A stretch of 64,000 bases of DNA from Abditibacteriaceae bacterium (GCA_965277285.1 OZ255721.1:2816001-2880000); one strand, 5' to 3'; numbered from the stretch's first letter, positions 30,901 to 43,020 are shown. Numbers and translations: made by a program. The notes: generated by a model from the sequence alone, not told the origin.

Positions 30901-32433
30901 TCAGCCCCAGCGCGCGCCATTTAACTGGCGAAATTCATCGGCATACTCGCGGCGCAGAAACTCGAAGACAACGCGTTGAGAGTTCGCTTCGTGGACGCGC
31001 AACGCGACTTTTTTATCGCAACACTTGGGCGTTTTCATCGTTTCGGCGGAGAAACTTTGCAGCATACCGTAACACATCGCGGTGATGTGAATCAGCAAAC
31101 CGAGCGGCCCCAAAATCAAGCTGCCGATGAACAATCCCAAAGCCGCGATTATCAAGCCGCCGAGCATTCCCCAGGCGCCGACAAAAATTGCCGTGCGCGC
31201 CGTATCAATGTGTTGAACGCAACTGTCGCAATGCGGCACGCGCCACGTCCGGGCGACGCGCCCGATTTCATACCAGTCGTTCGTCTTGGCGCCGCAACAC
31301 GGACAAACCTGCGGCCATTGCAACGTTTTCGCGCTCGCGTTATCCACAGCAACGCGCCACACCAAATTTGGATTGCGCGCCGCGTTTTGCGCAGGGTTTT
31401 GCGTCTGCGTTCGAGTACTCGATGCGGCGTTGGTTGACGTATTCGCAACAGATGCGACAGGCATCGACGCGTTTTGCACTGCGGAGCCGTTTTGCAAAAC
31501 TGCGTTACTCTTGACCGCAACTGGCGAGGCGACTATTTGTGGTGGAACTATCAATTTACGGAAAGCGCGCACGTTTTGTGGCCGATCTTCAACGCGAATT
31601 TGCAGCGATTTTTCAATCGTCTGGCGCACATTCTCGCTACACGAATCGGGCAAATGCAAAGCGTCATCGTGCGCGCGTTCAAGGGCTGAAAGCGGCGCTT
31701 TTCCTGTAATTAAATGGTGCAACGTGGCGCCCAACGCGTAAATATCTGAAGCAGGCGAAAAATGTGTGGCAACCGAATATTGCTCGATGGGCGCGTAGCC
31801 TGGCGTACCGCAATGCGACGGCATATCGAGAGGCCGCGTGTCCAATTCTTCGCCGTCATGCAGCTTTTGAATCAGATCGAAATCCATCAAGACGACGCGA
31901 TGGTTTTCTGTAACGACCACGTTTTCCGGCTTGATGTCGAGATGCAGCAAACCCAATCGATGAATCGCTTCGAGCGCGCCGCCAAGCGGTTCAATCAGCC
32001 GCAAAGCCTCGTCTTCGTCCAGCGCGCCGCGCTCTTGAACCATGTCGAGCAGCGTTTGGCCGCTCAACACTTCCATCACCAGATATGCAGTATTGTTTTC
32101 CTCAAAAAACCCGAGCACGCGTACGATGTTGGTGTGGCGAAGTTGCGTCAAAACGCGCGCTTGTTCCAGAAAACGCACTTTGGCTGCGTCGAAAACCGCG
32201 CGATGATTTTCTTCCACTTGAACGTGGTTTTCGTCGCGGCGACAAATGGTGGTAAAGAGTTCTTTGAGTGCAACTTCACGAGATTTTTGCACATCATGCG
32301 CGCGATACGTGATGCCAAAACCGCCGTGTCCCAAAACGTCGCGGATAACGAAAGCGCCGTTTTGCAACGTTGTGCCGCTCGTCAAAGCGTTGTCGCTGAC
32401 ATCAGGAAATCGAGTACTCGTTGGCGCGTTCAT
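30901..32433 (-). CDS. Hanks-type Ser/Thr protein kinase with C-terminal CxxC motifs and TM helices
   Basis: LGHGGFGITY, VALKE, HLDIKPEN, DFD, GTPGYAPIEQ, SDIYALG. Confidence 0.9.
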   Translation of the reverse strand: MNAPTSTRFPDVSDNALTSGTTLQNGAFVIRDVLGHGGFGITYRAHDVQKSREVALKELFTTICRRDENHVQVEENHRAVFDAAKVRFLEQARVLTQLRHTNIVRVLGFFEENNTAYLVMEVLSGQTLLDMVQERGALDEDEALRLIEPLGGALEAIHRLGLLHLDIKPENVVVTENHRVVLMDFDLIQKLHDGEELDTRPLDMPSHCGTPGYAPIEQYSVATHFSPASDIYALGATLHHLITGKAPLSALERAHDDALHLPDSCSENVRQTIEKSLQIRVEDRPQNVRAFRKLIVPPQIVASPVAVKSNAVLQNGSAVQNASMPVASVANTSTNAASSTRTQTQNPAQNAARNPNLVWRVAVDNASAKTLQWPQVCPCCGAKTNDWYEIGRVARTWRVPHCDSCVQHIDTARTAIFVGAWGMLGGLIIAALGLFIGSLILGPLGLLIHITAMCYGMLQSFSAETMKTPKCCDKKVALRVHEANSQRVVFEFLRREYADEFRQLNGARWG

Positions 32434-32479
32434 CGTTTCTGCCGACGCTGCGCAAGGCGTTTCGCTCCAACTTCAAAAT

Positions 32480-32560
32480 GAACCCTGAGCGTAAGCGACG
32501 GGTGAAAGTATTAGTGTCTTGGCGCTGTCAAATTTCACCCATCGCTGACGCTTCGGGTTC
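32480..32560. repeat. REP-like inverted repeat, family A
   Basis: GAACCCTGAGCGTAAGCGACGGGTGAAA...TTTCACCCATCGCTGACGCTTCGGGTTC. Confidence 0.8.
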
Positions 32561-32561
32561 T

Positions 32562-35168
32562 TTACTTTTTATCGTCGCGCTTCTTCATTCGAGTACTCGA
32601 ACGCGCTTGTTCTTCGGCTAAAAACGCTTCGTCCAGCAAGCTGGGTTGCGAAATCATCGCATCGGCGGGCGGCGTTTCGCCCAGATGTTCGTAAGCGCGG
32701 CGCGTAATGCGGCGACCTTGCGGCGTGCGCGCCAGGAAACCGATCTTCAGCAAATAAGGCTCAACGACATCTTCCAAAGTATCGGCTTCTTCGTTCATCG
32801 TCGCCGCCAGCGCTGCGCTGCCGACCGGCCCGCCGCCGTAAATATCTTTAATCACGCGCAGCATCGCTTCGTCCAGACGATCCAATCCCAGTTCGTCGAT
32901 GCCTTCGAGTTTCAACGCATCGGACGCGACTTGGTCGGTAATAATTCCGTCGGCGCGCACCAGCGCGTAATCGCGGACGCGACGCAGCAATCGGTTCACG
33001 ATGCGCGGCGTTCCGCGTCCGCGACGTGCGATTTCGCGCGCGCCGCTTTCCTCAATGCGCGTATTCAAAAGATGCGACGAACGTCGCGCAATCGTCGTCA
33101 AATCGTCTTCTTCGTAGAAGTCCAGATGCTGCTGAATGCCGAAACGGTCGCGCATCGGACGCGACAACATCGCGGGTCGCGTCGTGGCGCCGATTAGGGT
33201 GAACTTTTCCAAGCGAATCGGCAACGGCTTGGAATACATTCCTTTGTCGAGCGTGAAGGTCACGACGAAATCTTCCATCGCCGAATACAAAAACTCTTCG
33301 ACAATGCGCGGCAGGCGGTGAATTTCGTCGATGAAAATCAGATCGCCATCTTTGGCGTTCACCAAAAACGGCATCACATCGCCCGGACGTTCCAAAGCGG
33401 GGCCGCTCGTCAGGGCAATTTCGCGCCCCATTTCCTGCGAAATTATGTAGGCTAACGTCGTGTTATGATTGAAGATTCCGTTGGCGACAAACGAGTGCGT
33501 GCCCGGAACCACGAAGTCGTAAGTCTCGGCTTCGCTTTCTTCCAAAGTCTCGACGCGATCCCAGAAAAAGCGCGGATCGCACAACTCTTGCAGCGTCGCA
33601 TATTCTGTTAAATTGCGCGCTTCGGCAGGCAAAAAATTCAGCAATTTATCGATTTGCGCGCGGCTTGGAACGCGGTCGTTCCGTTTGACATGATCAAAGG
33701 CGTGATGAATCGCGCGCGAATGAGGCGCTGTCTGGCGCAATAAAGCGCATAAAAGCGTATTTGCGCACGGAACGCGGTCGGCGCGATGCCAACCGCTTTT
33801 TTCGGACTCGGTCATTGCAACATTGGCTTTGCGGCTCAAGCGAAAGCCGATGATGCGCTGAAATTCTCTGGCTTGTGGCCCGCCGATAAAAACTGTCCAT
33901 TGTGGCTCGTCGCAAATCGTTTTTTGTGTACGATTGGCGACGATGCCCAGATTTAACAGCAGCAATTGAACTTCCTGCGCCAGCTTTTGCGAGCGCGTCG
34001 AGTACTCGATTCCGTCGCGGCGCGCGTGTGCATCGGCATCGAACAAACCTTGAAGAAAACCAATGGCAGCTTCGCGCGTTCCGCACAATATCGCGCGGGG
34101 AATGCGCTTATCGCGCGCATTGGCGGCCTTCAACCCCAATTGCATCAAGGCGTGGCCTTGCGTTGAGGACAAATTCAAGCGCGCCGCTTTGCCCTCATAA
34201 CGATGAACCGTTGGAATTGCACCAAAATGCTTATCGCAGATGCGCTGCATTTCGCGTTGTGTTTCGCTTTCGTCACACGTCAATGCGACGGTGCCGTTTG
34301 GTTGCGTGTGACCGTCACCCACAATCGCGCCGAGCAAATAGGCCAGGTCGGCATCTAAAGTTAAAACGCGGCCTGAAGTGGCTTGGAGTGTGGTCTCACT
34401 TGTCGAAAACGAACGTTCCCCGCGCGTTATTGTGCGCCCGTTACTCAGTTCCAAGCCCAGGCGCAAAGCCGTGCGGCGTGGCGTCGGTGTGTTGGCGCCA
34501 TAAGCGCGCTGCAACTCGGCGGCGGACGGGAAACGACGCAGCGAACGTGTTAAATCATCATGCAAAGCGCGTGTCGTCATTTCGCTTTGCACGCGACGAT
34601 CAAACGCCGCGTCGCGGTTCCAAACCGAACTTTGCGCTTTGCCCCAAACGTTTGTTCCCCGCGCAACCGCGACATAATCGCCTGTTTGCAATTCTTGCAA
34701 CGTTTTCCATTGCGCGCCTTGTGGCGTCGCCACCAACAGCGGATGATGCGGCGTGCCTTCGATTTCAAAACCTGAGCGCGTGCGCAAACGTCGCGTCGGA
34801 ACCCAACCGCTGCAATAAATGTGAGAAGCCGCTTCCAAACCGTTGACGCCGCAAACCTGCACATTCACCGCGCGACTTTCGCCCGCTTTCATGCCCGACG
34901 GCAAAATGTCGCGGAATTCGACTAATCCTTGATCCGTAACAATCAAACTGTCCGCCGTAATGCACTTTCCCAGTCCGGGCGGCCCATGAAACAACAAATG
35001 ATCGAGCGATTCGCCGCGCGCTTTGGCCGCTTCAATTGCAATCTTCAAGCGTTCGATAGTCGCGCGCTGACCGACATATTCGTCCAGCGATTTAGGACGC
35101 AAACTCCAGTGAAATTCGGTTTCTTCCGTGCTCGTGCTCTCGGCGGAAACAACTCGTTCTCGTGCCAT
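32562..35168 (-). CDS. ruvB: Holliday junction branch migration helicase RuvB, intein-containing
   Basis: SLRPKSLDEYVGQ, GPPGLGK|intein|TTLA, FIDEIHRL, GATTR, RGTPRIVNRLLRRVRD. Confidence 0.95.
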   Translation of the reverse strand: MARERVVSAESTSTEETEFHWSLRPKSLDEYVGQRATIERLKIAIEAAKARGESLDHLLFHGPPGLGKCITADSLIVTDQGLVEFRDILPSGMKAGESRAVNVQVCGVNGLEAASHIYCSGWVPTRRLRTRSGFEIEGTPHHPLLVATPQGAQWKTLQELQTGDYVAVARGTNVWGKAQSSVWNRDAAFDRRVQSEMTTRALHDDLTRSLRRFPSAAELQRAYGANTPTPRRTALRLGLELSNGRTITRGERSFSTSETTLQATSGRVLTLDADLAYLLGAIVGDGHTQPNGTVALTCDESETQREMQRICDKHFGAIPTVHRYEGKAARLNLSSTQGHALMQLGLKAANARDKRIPRAILCGTREAAIGFLQGLFDADAHARRDGIEYSTRSQKLAQEVQLLLLNLGIVANRTQKTICDEPQWTVFIGGPQAREFQRIIGFRLSRKANVAMTESEKSGWHRADRVPCANTLLCALLRQTAPHSRAIHHAFDHVKRNDRVPSRAQIDKLLNFLPAEARNLTEYATLQELCDPRFFWDRVETLEESEAETYDFVVPGTHSFVANGIFNHNTTLAYIISQEMGREIALTSGPALERPGDVMPFLVNAKDGDLIFIDEIHRLPRIVEEFLYSAMEDFVVTFTLDKGMYSKPLPIRLEKFTLIGATTRPAMLSRPMRDRFGIQQHLDFYEEDDLTTIARRSSHLLNTRIEESGAREIARRGRGTPRIVNRLLRRVRDYALVRADGIITDQVASDALKLEGIDELGLDRLDEAMLRVIKDIYGGGPVGSAALAATMNEEADTLEDVVEPYLLKIGFLARTPQGRRITRRAYEHLGETPPADAMISQPSLLDEAFLAEEQARSSTRMKKRDDKK
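33462..34964 (-). mobile_element. Intein (501 aa) with LAGLIDADG homing endonuclease, in the RuvB Walker A motif
   Basis: Starts CITADS; block B GTPHHP; LAYLLGAIVGDG and FLQGLFDADA; ends YDFVVPGTHSFVANGIFNHN/T. Confidence 0.93.
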
Positions 35169-35221
35169 CTTAACCTCGCGTTTTCATCCGTTCTAATGAA
35201 ATGAGTTTAACAGAATGATTG

Positions 35222-35353
35222 AACCACCAAGACACCAAGAACACCAAGAGGCTCCGAAGAAACGGTTGTCACGTATTTGATTCTTCTTTCTTGGTGTCCT
35301 TTGTGTCTTGGTGGTTCAATCTTTTCTCTCGGCGTCCTGGCGTCTTGGCGGTT
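35222..35353. repeat. CACCAAGACACCAAG-type inverted repeat in the ruvB/trpE divergent region
   Basis: AACCACCAAGACACCAAGAACACCAAGA...TCTTGGTGTCCTTTGTGTCTTGGTGGTT plus a third degenerate arm. Confidence 0.7.
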
Positions 35354-35365
35354 AAAATAAAATCC

Positions 35366-36901
35366 ATGTTTTCTCCGAACTTTGAAGAGTTTAAGCGATT
35401 GGCGACGCAGGGCAATTTGATTCCGATTGTGCGCGAAGTGTTGGCCGATCTGGAAACGCCGGTTTCGGCGTTTTTGAAACTGCGCGCGGGTAGTTCGAGT
35501 ACTGGAAGCGCGGGCAGTCCGGCGTTTTTGCTGGAAAGCGTCGAGGGCGGCGAAAATGTCGCGCGCTATTCGTTTTTGGGCGTTGGCGCGCGCCTGGAAC
35601 TCATCACCAAAGACAACGAAGCGGTTTTGCGCGAAAGCGGCGAAGAAACGGTTTTGAGCCTGGGCGCGGGACGCGATCCTTTGCACATTGTGGAAAATGT
35701 GATGTCGCGTTTTCGGTTTGTGCCGCGCCCGGAACTACCGCGTTTTTGTGGCGGTATGGTTGGTTTTCTGGGCTACGACTTGGTGCGATTCTTCGAGAAA
35801 TTGCCGGACGCACCGCCTGACGACCGCCAACTTCCCGATTGCCATTTGATATTGACCGACACGATTTTAGTGTTCGATAACGTGCGCCATTCGATCAAGA
35901 TTTTGAATAATGCCTTAGTTGAAGGCGACGATGAAGAATCTTTGCGCACTGTGTACGCTGCGTCCTGCGACAAAATCAACGCGACGTTGGCGCATTTGTC
36001 GAACGATGTCGTCGCGGCGAAGTTTCTGCCGATTCGTTCGAGTACTCGATTGGTCGAAGAAAGCATGCCGCCAAGCAACTTTCCATCGCGCGAAGATTTT
36101 GAAAGCACTGTGCAAAAGTGTATCGACTACATCCACGCTGGCGATTGCGTTCAAGTCGTGCCGTCGCAACGTTTTCAAGTTCCGTTGCAAGCCTCCACGT
36201 TCGGCGTTTATCGGGCTTTGCGGCACGTCAATCCGTCGCCGTATATGTTCTATTTGGAGTTGGGCGAAACGACATTGATCGGCGCCTCGCCCGAGATTTT
36301 GGTCACCGAAGATAGCGGCGAAGTGCGCACGCGACCTTTGGCGGGAACACGGCGACGCGGACAAAATAGCGATGAGGACGAGCAACTCGAAGCCGAACTT
36401 TTGGCCGACCCCAAAGATCGCAGCGAACACATTATGCTGGTTGACTTGCATCGCAACGACATCGGGCGCGTGTGCGAATATGGCAGCGTCGAAGTCGATG
36501 AACTGATGGTCGTCGAAAAATATAGTCACGTTATGCACATCGTGAGCAACATTGTCGGCAAATTAAGCGCGGATAAAACCGCGTTCGACCTTTTGCGCGC
36601 CAGTTTTCCGGCTGGAACGTTGAGCGGCGCGCCCAAAGTGCGCGCCATGCAAATCATCGACGAAATGGAGCCGACGCGTCGCGGGCCGTATGGCGGCGCG
36701 ATTGGTTATTTTTCGTTCAGCGGCAATCTGGATACGTGCATCACGTTGCGCACGATCATCGTAAAGGACGACATCGCGTATGTGCAGGCGGGCGGCGGCG
36801 TTGTCGCGGACAGCGTTCCGGCTGACGAATACGAAGAAACCTGCAACAAAGCGCGCGCCGCTCTGCGTGCCATTTCGTTGGCGGAAATCGCCGAATCGTA
36901 A
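35366..36901 (+). CDS. trpE: Anthranilate synthase component I
   Basis: DLETPVSAF, LLESVEGG, NPSPYMF, GASPE, EHIMLVDL, GTLSGAPKVRAM. Confidence 0.93.
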   Translation: MFSPNFEEFKRLATQGNLIPIVREVLADLETPVSAFLKLRAGSSSTGSAGSPAFLLESVEGGENVARYSFLGVGARLELITKDNEAVLRESGEETVLSLGAGRDPLHIVENVMSRFRFVPRPELPRFCGGMVGFLGYDLVRFFEKLPDAPPDDRQLPDCHLILTDTILVFDNVRHSIKILNNALVEGDDEESLRTVYAASCDKINATLAHLSNDVVAAKFLPIRSSTRLVEESMPPSNFPSREDFESTVQKCIDYIHAGDCVQVVPSQRFQVPLQASTFGVYRALRHVNPSPYMFYLELGETTLIGASPEILVTEDSGEVRTRPLAGTRRRGQNSDEDEQLEAELLADPKDRSEHIMLVDLHRNDIGRVCEYGSVEVDELMVVEKYSHVMHIVSNIVGKLSADKTAFDLLRASFPAGTLSGAPKVRAMQIIDEMEPTRRGPYGGAIGYFSFSGNLDTCITLRTIIVKDDIAYVQAGGGVVADSVPADEYEETCNKARAALRAISLAEIAES

Positions 36902-36909
36902 TCGTAATC

Positions 36910-36979
36910 GTAGGGGCGAGGCGTGCCTCGCCCGTTTGCTGCAGCGACGGAACAAGGGCGAGGCGTGCCTCGCCCCTAC
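36910..36979. repeat. GTAG-type REP doublet, family B
   Basis: Same arms as 10131-10240 and the same GCGACGGAACAA spacer segment. Confidence 0.85.
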
Positions 36980-36982
36980 ATT

Positions 36983-38227
36983 ATGGGAAAACCCGTTTAT
37001 CTCGTTGGCCACGCGCAGGAAATCGGCGCCATTCAAGGCCAATATCAACATCGAGTACTCGAAGAGCGAGTGACGCGTGTGCTCAGCCGCGCCGATGACA
37101 TTTCGCATCGACCTTACTTGATATTGAAAGAACGCGCCGACCGCTTCCATCGCGTACTCGAACGTATGGCGCCGCATTGGTTGGAAGAAGCGCAAGGAAT
37201 GGCGCAGAGCGCAAATCTCGAAGATTGGCATGTTCTCGCTTTGAACTGCTTGCCGCCTGATTTCTGGGGACAAAGTTATCAACCTGCGCTGCTGGGAAAT
37301 ATGACGATTTCCGAGATGGTCAATCCTTATGATGCGCAGGGAATCGAAATCGCGGTTGGCGGCGATTGCACCAGTTTTTTCGCGCTGGGCGAAAGTGTTT
37401 TGGGTAGCGAAACTCTGCTGCACAAAAGCCGCGATGAACGCGACGAAGTGCAATGTGTTTACATCAAGCAAACTGACGGGAGGTTTCGTTTTGTCGGCGG
37501 TGGCGACATCGGCAATCTGGGAACGGCGCATCTTCATACCGAAAACTTCTGGGCGGGCGCCAACAATACGGGTAGCGATGTCGCGCCCGAAGAATTTGTC
37601 GATTGCGCTTTTTCCGACTCGCACGCTTTGCGCTATTTCGCCGAAAACTGCAAAACGCTGGACGACATCGTTCCCGCCTGTCAAACGTTAATCGACCACG
37701 AAGCGTTGAGCGGCGGAGGTTTCGAGAAAGGCAGCATTTTCTTGTTCGCCGACCAGTCGCGCGGCCTTGTCATCGAAGCGACTTCGCGGCGCATGGCGCA
37801 CCAATGGTTCCAAGGTGATGAAGTTGTGGTTCGCACCAATCATTTTCTGTTGCCCGCCATGATCGAGTACTCGAAACTCGACCACGAAGGCAGTCTGATT
37901 CGTTATCAAAGATGCTGCGAACTTCTGGAAGCGGCAAACGGAACGCTGACGCTTTCAGGTTGCGCCGAAATCGCGCGCGATAGAATGAACGCGCCGCACG
38001 CGATTTGTCGCAATCCGAGTGACAAAGTAAATGGTGTTACAGTTTCGACGAGCACGGCGACGATTTCCAAAAGCGATGACCGCCGTTGTCAAACGCATTT
38101 TCGCAACGGTCACCCCAGTTTTACGCCAGGAGTTATTCTCAGCCCGATTGACCGCGTTTGCGACAGCGATTTGTTGTCCGGCGCGCACAATCAGATCAGC
38201 CGCAACGAACGCGGTTTCGAGGTTTGA
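36983..38227 (+). CDS. Ntn-hydrolase, peptidase C45 / acyl-CoA:6-APA acyltransferase-like
   Basis: GGD|CTSF autoprocessing Cys; HKSRD; VRTNHF; SLIRYQR. Confidence 0.7.
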   Translation: MGKPVYLVGHAQEIGAIQGQYQHRVLEERVTRVLSRADDISHRPYLILKERADRFHRVLERMAPHWLEEAQGMAQSANLEDWHVLALNCLPPDFWGQSYQPALLGNMTISEMVNPYDAQGIEIAVGGDCTSFFALGESVLGSETLLHKSRDERDEVQCVYIKQTDGRFRFVGGGDIGNLGTAHLHTENFWAGANNTGSDVAPEEFVDCAFSDSHALRYFAENCKTLDDIVPACQTLIDHEALSGGGFEKGSIFLFADQSRGLVIEATSRRMAHQWFQGDEVVVRTNHFLLPAMIEYSKLDHEGSLIRYQRCCELLEAANGTLTLSGCAEIARDRMNAPHAICRNPSDKVNGVTVSTSTATISKSDDRRCQTHFRNGHPSFTPGVILSPIDRVCDSDLLSGAHNQISRNERGFEV

Positions 38228-38229
38228 TA

Positions 38230-38499
38230 ATGAACTGGGTTGATCTCTTTACAATAAACGTGATCCTGGGTTATCTGGCGTTTATATTGTTCTTCTTGGC
38301 GAAAGACGTTCAAGAGAACTTAATAGAGAATAAAGAGTTAGGCACGGGAAACTGTCTATTGATATGGCGTATATTTACGCCTTTTGTCAGTCTCGAAACA
38401 ATGCAACGGCCTACATTTGTTACAACTATTAAACGAGCAGGAATTGCGATTGCAATTGGTATTCTTCTTTTAGATATTACCTTCGGCCATTTATTATGA
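38230..38499 (+). CDS. Small AT-rich membrane protein
   Basis: Two hydrophobic segments; tightly coupled to both neighbours; visibly low GC. Confidence 0.55.
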   Translation: MNWVDLFTINVILGYLAFILFFLAKDVQENLIENKELGTGNCLLIWRIFTPFVSLETMQRPTFVTTIKRAGIAIAIGILLLDITFGHLL

Positions 38500-39737
38500 A
38501 CAATCCGACACTTCAAAGGCCTGCGATGAGGCCGCTTTCGATTTCGCCGTTTTCGCAGGACGGCGAAGCGTTTTTGCATTTGCACGATCCCGAAGGTTTC
38601 GCCGATGACGCCGCGGTGCCGCAACTTTTGGCGAATTTGCTGGCGCTTTTCGACGGCACGCGCACGGTGCAGGAAATTATCGCTGCGTATCAGGACGCGG
38701 GCGGCGAAGAGTTGCCGATCTGGTTTGTCGAAAAAACTATCGCCGATTTGGACAGTAACTTGATGCTCGATTCGCCCAAATTTCGTGCGCAATTGAACGC
38801 CGTCCAAAACGAATACGCGAACGCGGCGGCGCGTCCAGCTTCGCTGGCGGGGCGCGCTTATCCCGATGACGCAGAAGAACTGCGACAATTGCTGGATGGT
38901 TTCGCCGAGCAAGCGAAAACCCTGGGCGCGCCGGAAAAGCCCAACGGCGAAATCAAAGGTTGCGTCGTTCCGCACATCGACTTCCGGCGCGGCGGCGTGG
39001 TCGAAGCCCTCGCGTACCGAGATTTGCGCGACCAAACCTTCGATGTCCTGGTGGTTTTGGGAATCGCGCACAGCGGCGTGCGTTATCCGTTTTGTGCGAC
39101 GACCAAAGATTACGAGACGCCGCTTGGCGTTTGCCGCACCGATGTCGCGTTTGTCGAGGCTTTGCAAAGTCGCGTCGGAGCAAAGTTGACAGACGAAGAA
39201 TTGGCGCACAAAAACGAGCATTCGATTGAGTTCGTCGCCGTCTTTTTGCAAAGCATTGCGGCGCTTTCGAGTACTCGAATCGTGCCGATCTTGTGCGGCG
39301 GCTTTCACCGCGAAACGCGCGCCAAAACTTCGCCGCGCCAGACTGCGGAAGTCGCCGCGTTTATCGAAGCGTTGCGCGCAACAATGGAAGAATGGCAGGC
39401 CAAAGGTCAGCGCGTCGGCATCGTGGTCAGCGTGGATTTGTCGCACGTCGGTTCGCGTTTCGGCGACGAGCGACGGCTTTTCGGCGAACGCTTGATGGAA
39501 ATCGAGGCCGAAGACCGCGCGTTTTTGGCGTGCGCCGAAATAGGCGACGCGGAAGCGATTCACCTTGCGATGTCCAAAGATAACAACCTGCGCAATGTCG
39601 ATGCGCATCCCGCGCTTTATACGATGTTTGCCGCGTTTCCCGAGTGGCGCGCCCAACTTTTGGCGTATGACCAGGCGTTCGATGAAGACGCTAACAGTGT
39701 CGTCAGTTTCGCCGCGATGACAGTTTTCGAGCCGTAG
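38496..39737 (+). CDS. amrB: AmmeMemoRadiSam system protein B (MEMO1 family) with N-terminal extension
   Basis: AGRAYP, VPHID, EHSIE, SVDLSHVG, SVVSFAAM. Confidence 0.85.
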   Translation: MNNPTLQRPAMRPLSISPFSQDGEAFLHLHDPEGFADDAAVPQLLANLLALFDGTRTVQEIIAAYQDAGGEELPIWFVEKTIADLDSNLMLDSPKFRAQLNAVQNEYANAAARPASLAGRAYPDDAEELRQLLDGFAEQAKTLGAPEKPNGEIKGCVVPHIDFRRGGVVEALAYRDLRDQTFDVLVVLGIAHSGVRYPFCATTKDYETPLGVCRTDVAFVEALQSRVGAKLTDEELAHKNEHSIEFVAVFLQSIAALSSTRIVPILCGGFHRETRAKTSPRQTAEVAAFIEALRATMEEWQAKGQRVGIVVSVDLSHVGSRFGDERRLFGERLMEIEAEDRAFLACAEIGDAEAIHLAMSKDNNLRNVDAHPALYTMFAAFPEWRAQLLAYDQAFDEDANSVVSFAAMTVFEP

Positions 39738-39877
39738 AAATTGGTTTGAAAAATCGCGGTTTTTCGTTGTGAGAGTGTGGCAGCGAGAATGTGGAAAAAT
39801 TCAGAAAATGCCATAAAACCAAGAGTTTGTCATTCTGACGGGCGCCCTCTTGGGCAGTGCGAAAAATCTAACTAACC

Positions 39878-40047
39878 CAAGTTGCCGTTTATGCCTGCGA
39901 GTGAACTCGCGGCTGAGCGGCTCTCGCCGAAGCATCGGCCTGCGCCGACGCAACATTATTGAACACAGCTTCTCGTCGGCGCAGGCCGACGACACCGCCG
40001 CAGGCGGCTCAGCCGCGAGTTCACTCGCAGGCATAAACGGCAACTTG
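39878..40047. repeat. 170-bp nested inverted repeat (MITE/REPIN-like)
   Basis: Perfect 41-bp outer arms (39878-39918 / 40007-40047) and 16-bp inner arms (39935-39950 / 39974-39989). Confidence 0.85.
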
Positions 40048-40062
40048 AGTTAACTACAATGA

Positions 40063-42261
<2,199 letters not shown>

Positions 42262-42314
42262 AAGTTCCTACTTGAATCTCAGGAACTCTTGCGCGTGTGT
42301 AGTTGCGTCAAAGA

Positions 42315-42992
42315 ATGAACAATAAACATGTCAAGGTGGAAGAAGACAAGACTAAGGGTGACGAACATTGGCTGACTTGTTTGAAATGTCAAACCGAAAC
42401 TGTTCACCGTGTTACTGTATCTATTGACAGCGACGGTAACGTTGAAGACGGAGATTTTTCATATCAATGGATAGAGCATCATCAGATAGTTCAGTGTCAA
42501 GGTTGCCGGACTTACAGCTTTAGGCATGAGTCGTCCAATTCAGAAGACTACACTCAAGTGAGTGAAGATGATTGGGAAATTACAGTCAAAGAGGAACTGC
42601 ATCCACCGCGTTATTTGCAGCGCCCTCAACTTCCTGACGCTGTGTATTTGCCTGGTAAAGTGAGGCTGATTTACAAAGAAACTCATTTTGCCATTTGTGC
42701 AAAGCAATTGATCTTGGCAGGAATAGGAATACGTGCTCTTGTCGAGTCTGTTTGTAAAGACAAAAACGCCAGCGGAAATCTTTACAACATGATTGAGCAG
42801 CTTGTAACTGCTGGTGATCTTAAACGTAGCGAAGCTGATATTCTTCAGAAGTTGAGATTCATGGGTAACTCAGCGGCTCACGAAGTGAAAGCACACAAAA
42901 GTGATGTCCTTATTAATGCCTTCGAGATTGTTGAACATTTACTTGTAAATGTCTACTTGCTTGAAATTAGAGCGAGGCAATTGCCAAACTGA
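42315..42992 (+). CDS. DUF4145 (HEPN-like) domain protein, AT-rich
   Basis: CxxC pairs; GIRALVESVC...LRFMGNSAAHE (RxxxNxxxH); low GC and atypical codons. Confidence 0.75.
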   Translation: MNNKHVKVEEDKTKGDEHWLTCLKCQTETVHRVTVSIDSDGNVEDGDFSYQWIEHHQIVQCQGCRTYSFRHESSNSEDYTQVSEDDWEITVKEELHPPRYLQRPQLPDAVYLPGKVRLIYKETHFAICAKQLILAGIGIRALVESVCKDKNASGNLYNMIEQLVTAGDLKRSEADILQKLRFMGNSAAHEVKAHKSDVLINAFEIVEHLLVNVYLLEIRARQLPN

Positions 42993-43020
42993 TTGGCGAT
43001 AACGAGTACTCGATTGACGA

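Noticed and set aside
35219..35365. N-terminal extensions in the ORF track for trpE (also gpmI, DUF1015, polA, manC, FKBP)
   Set aside because: They translate repeats or intergenic DNA; downstream starts match family N-termini.
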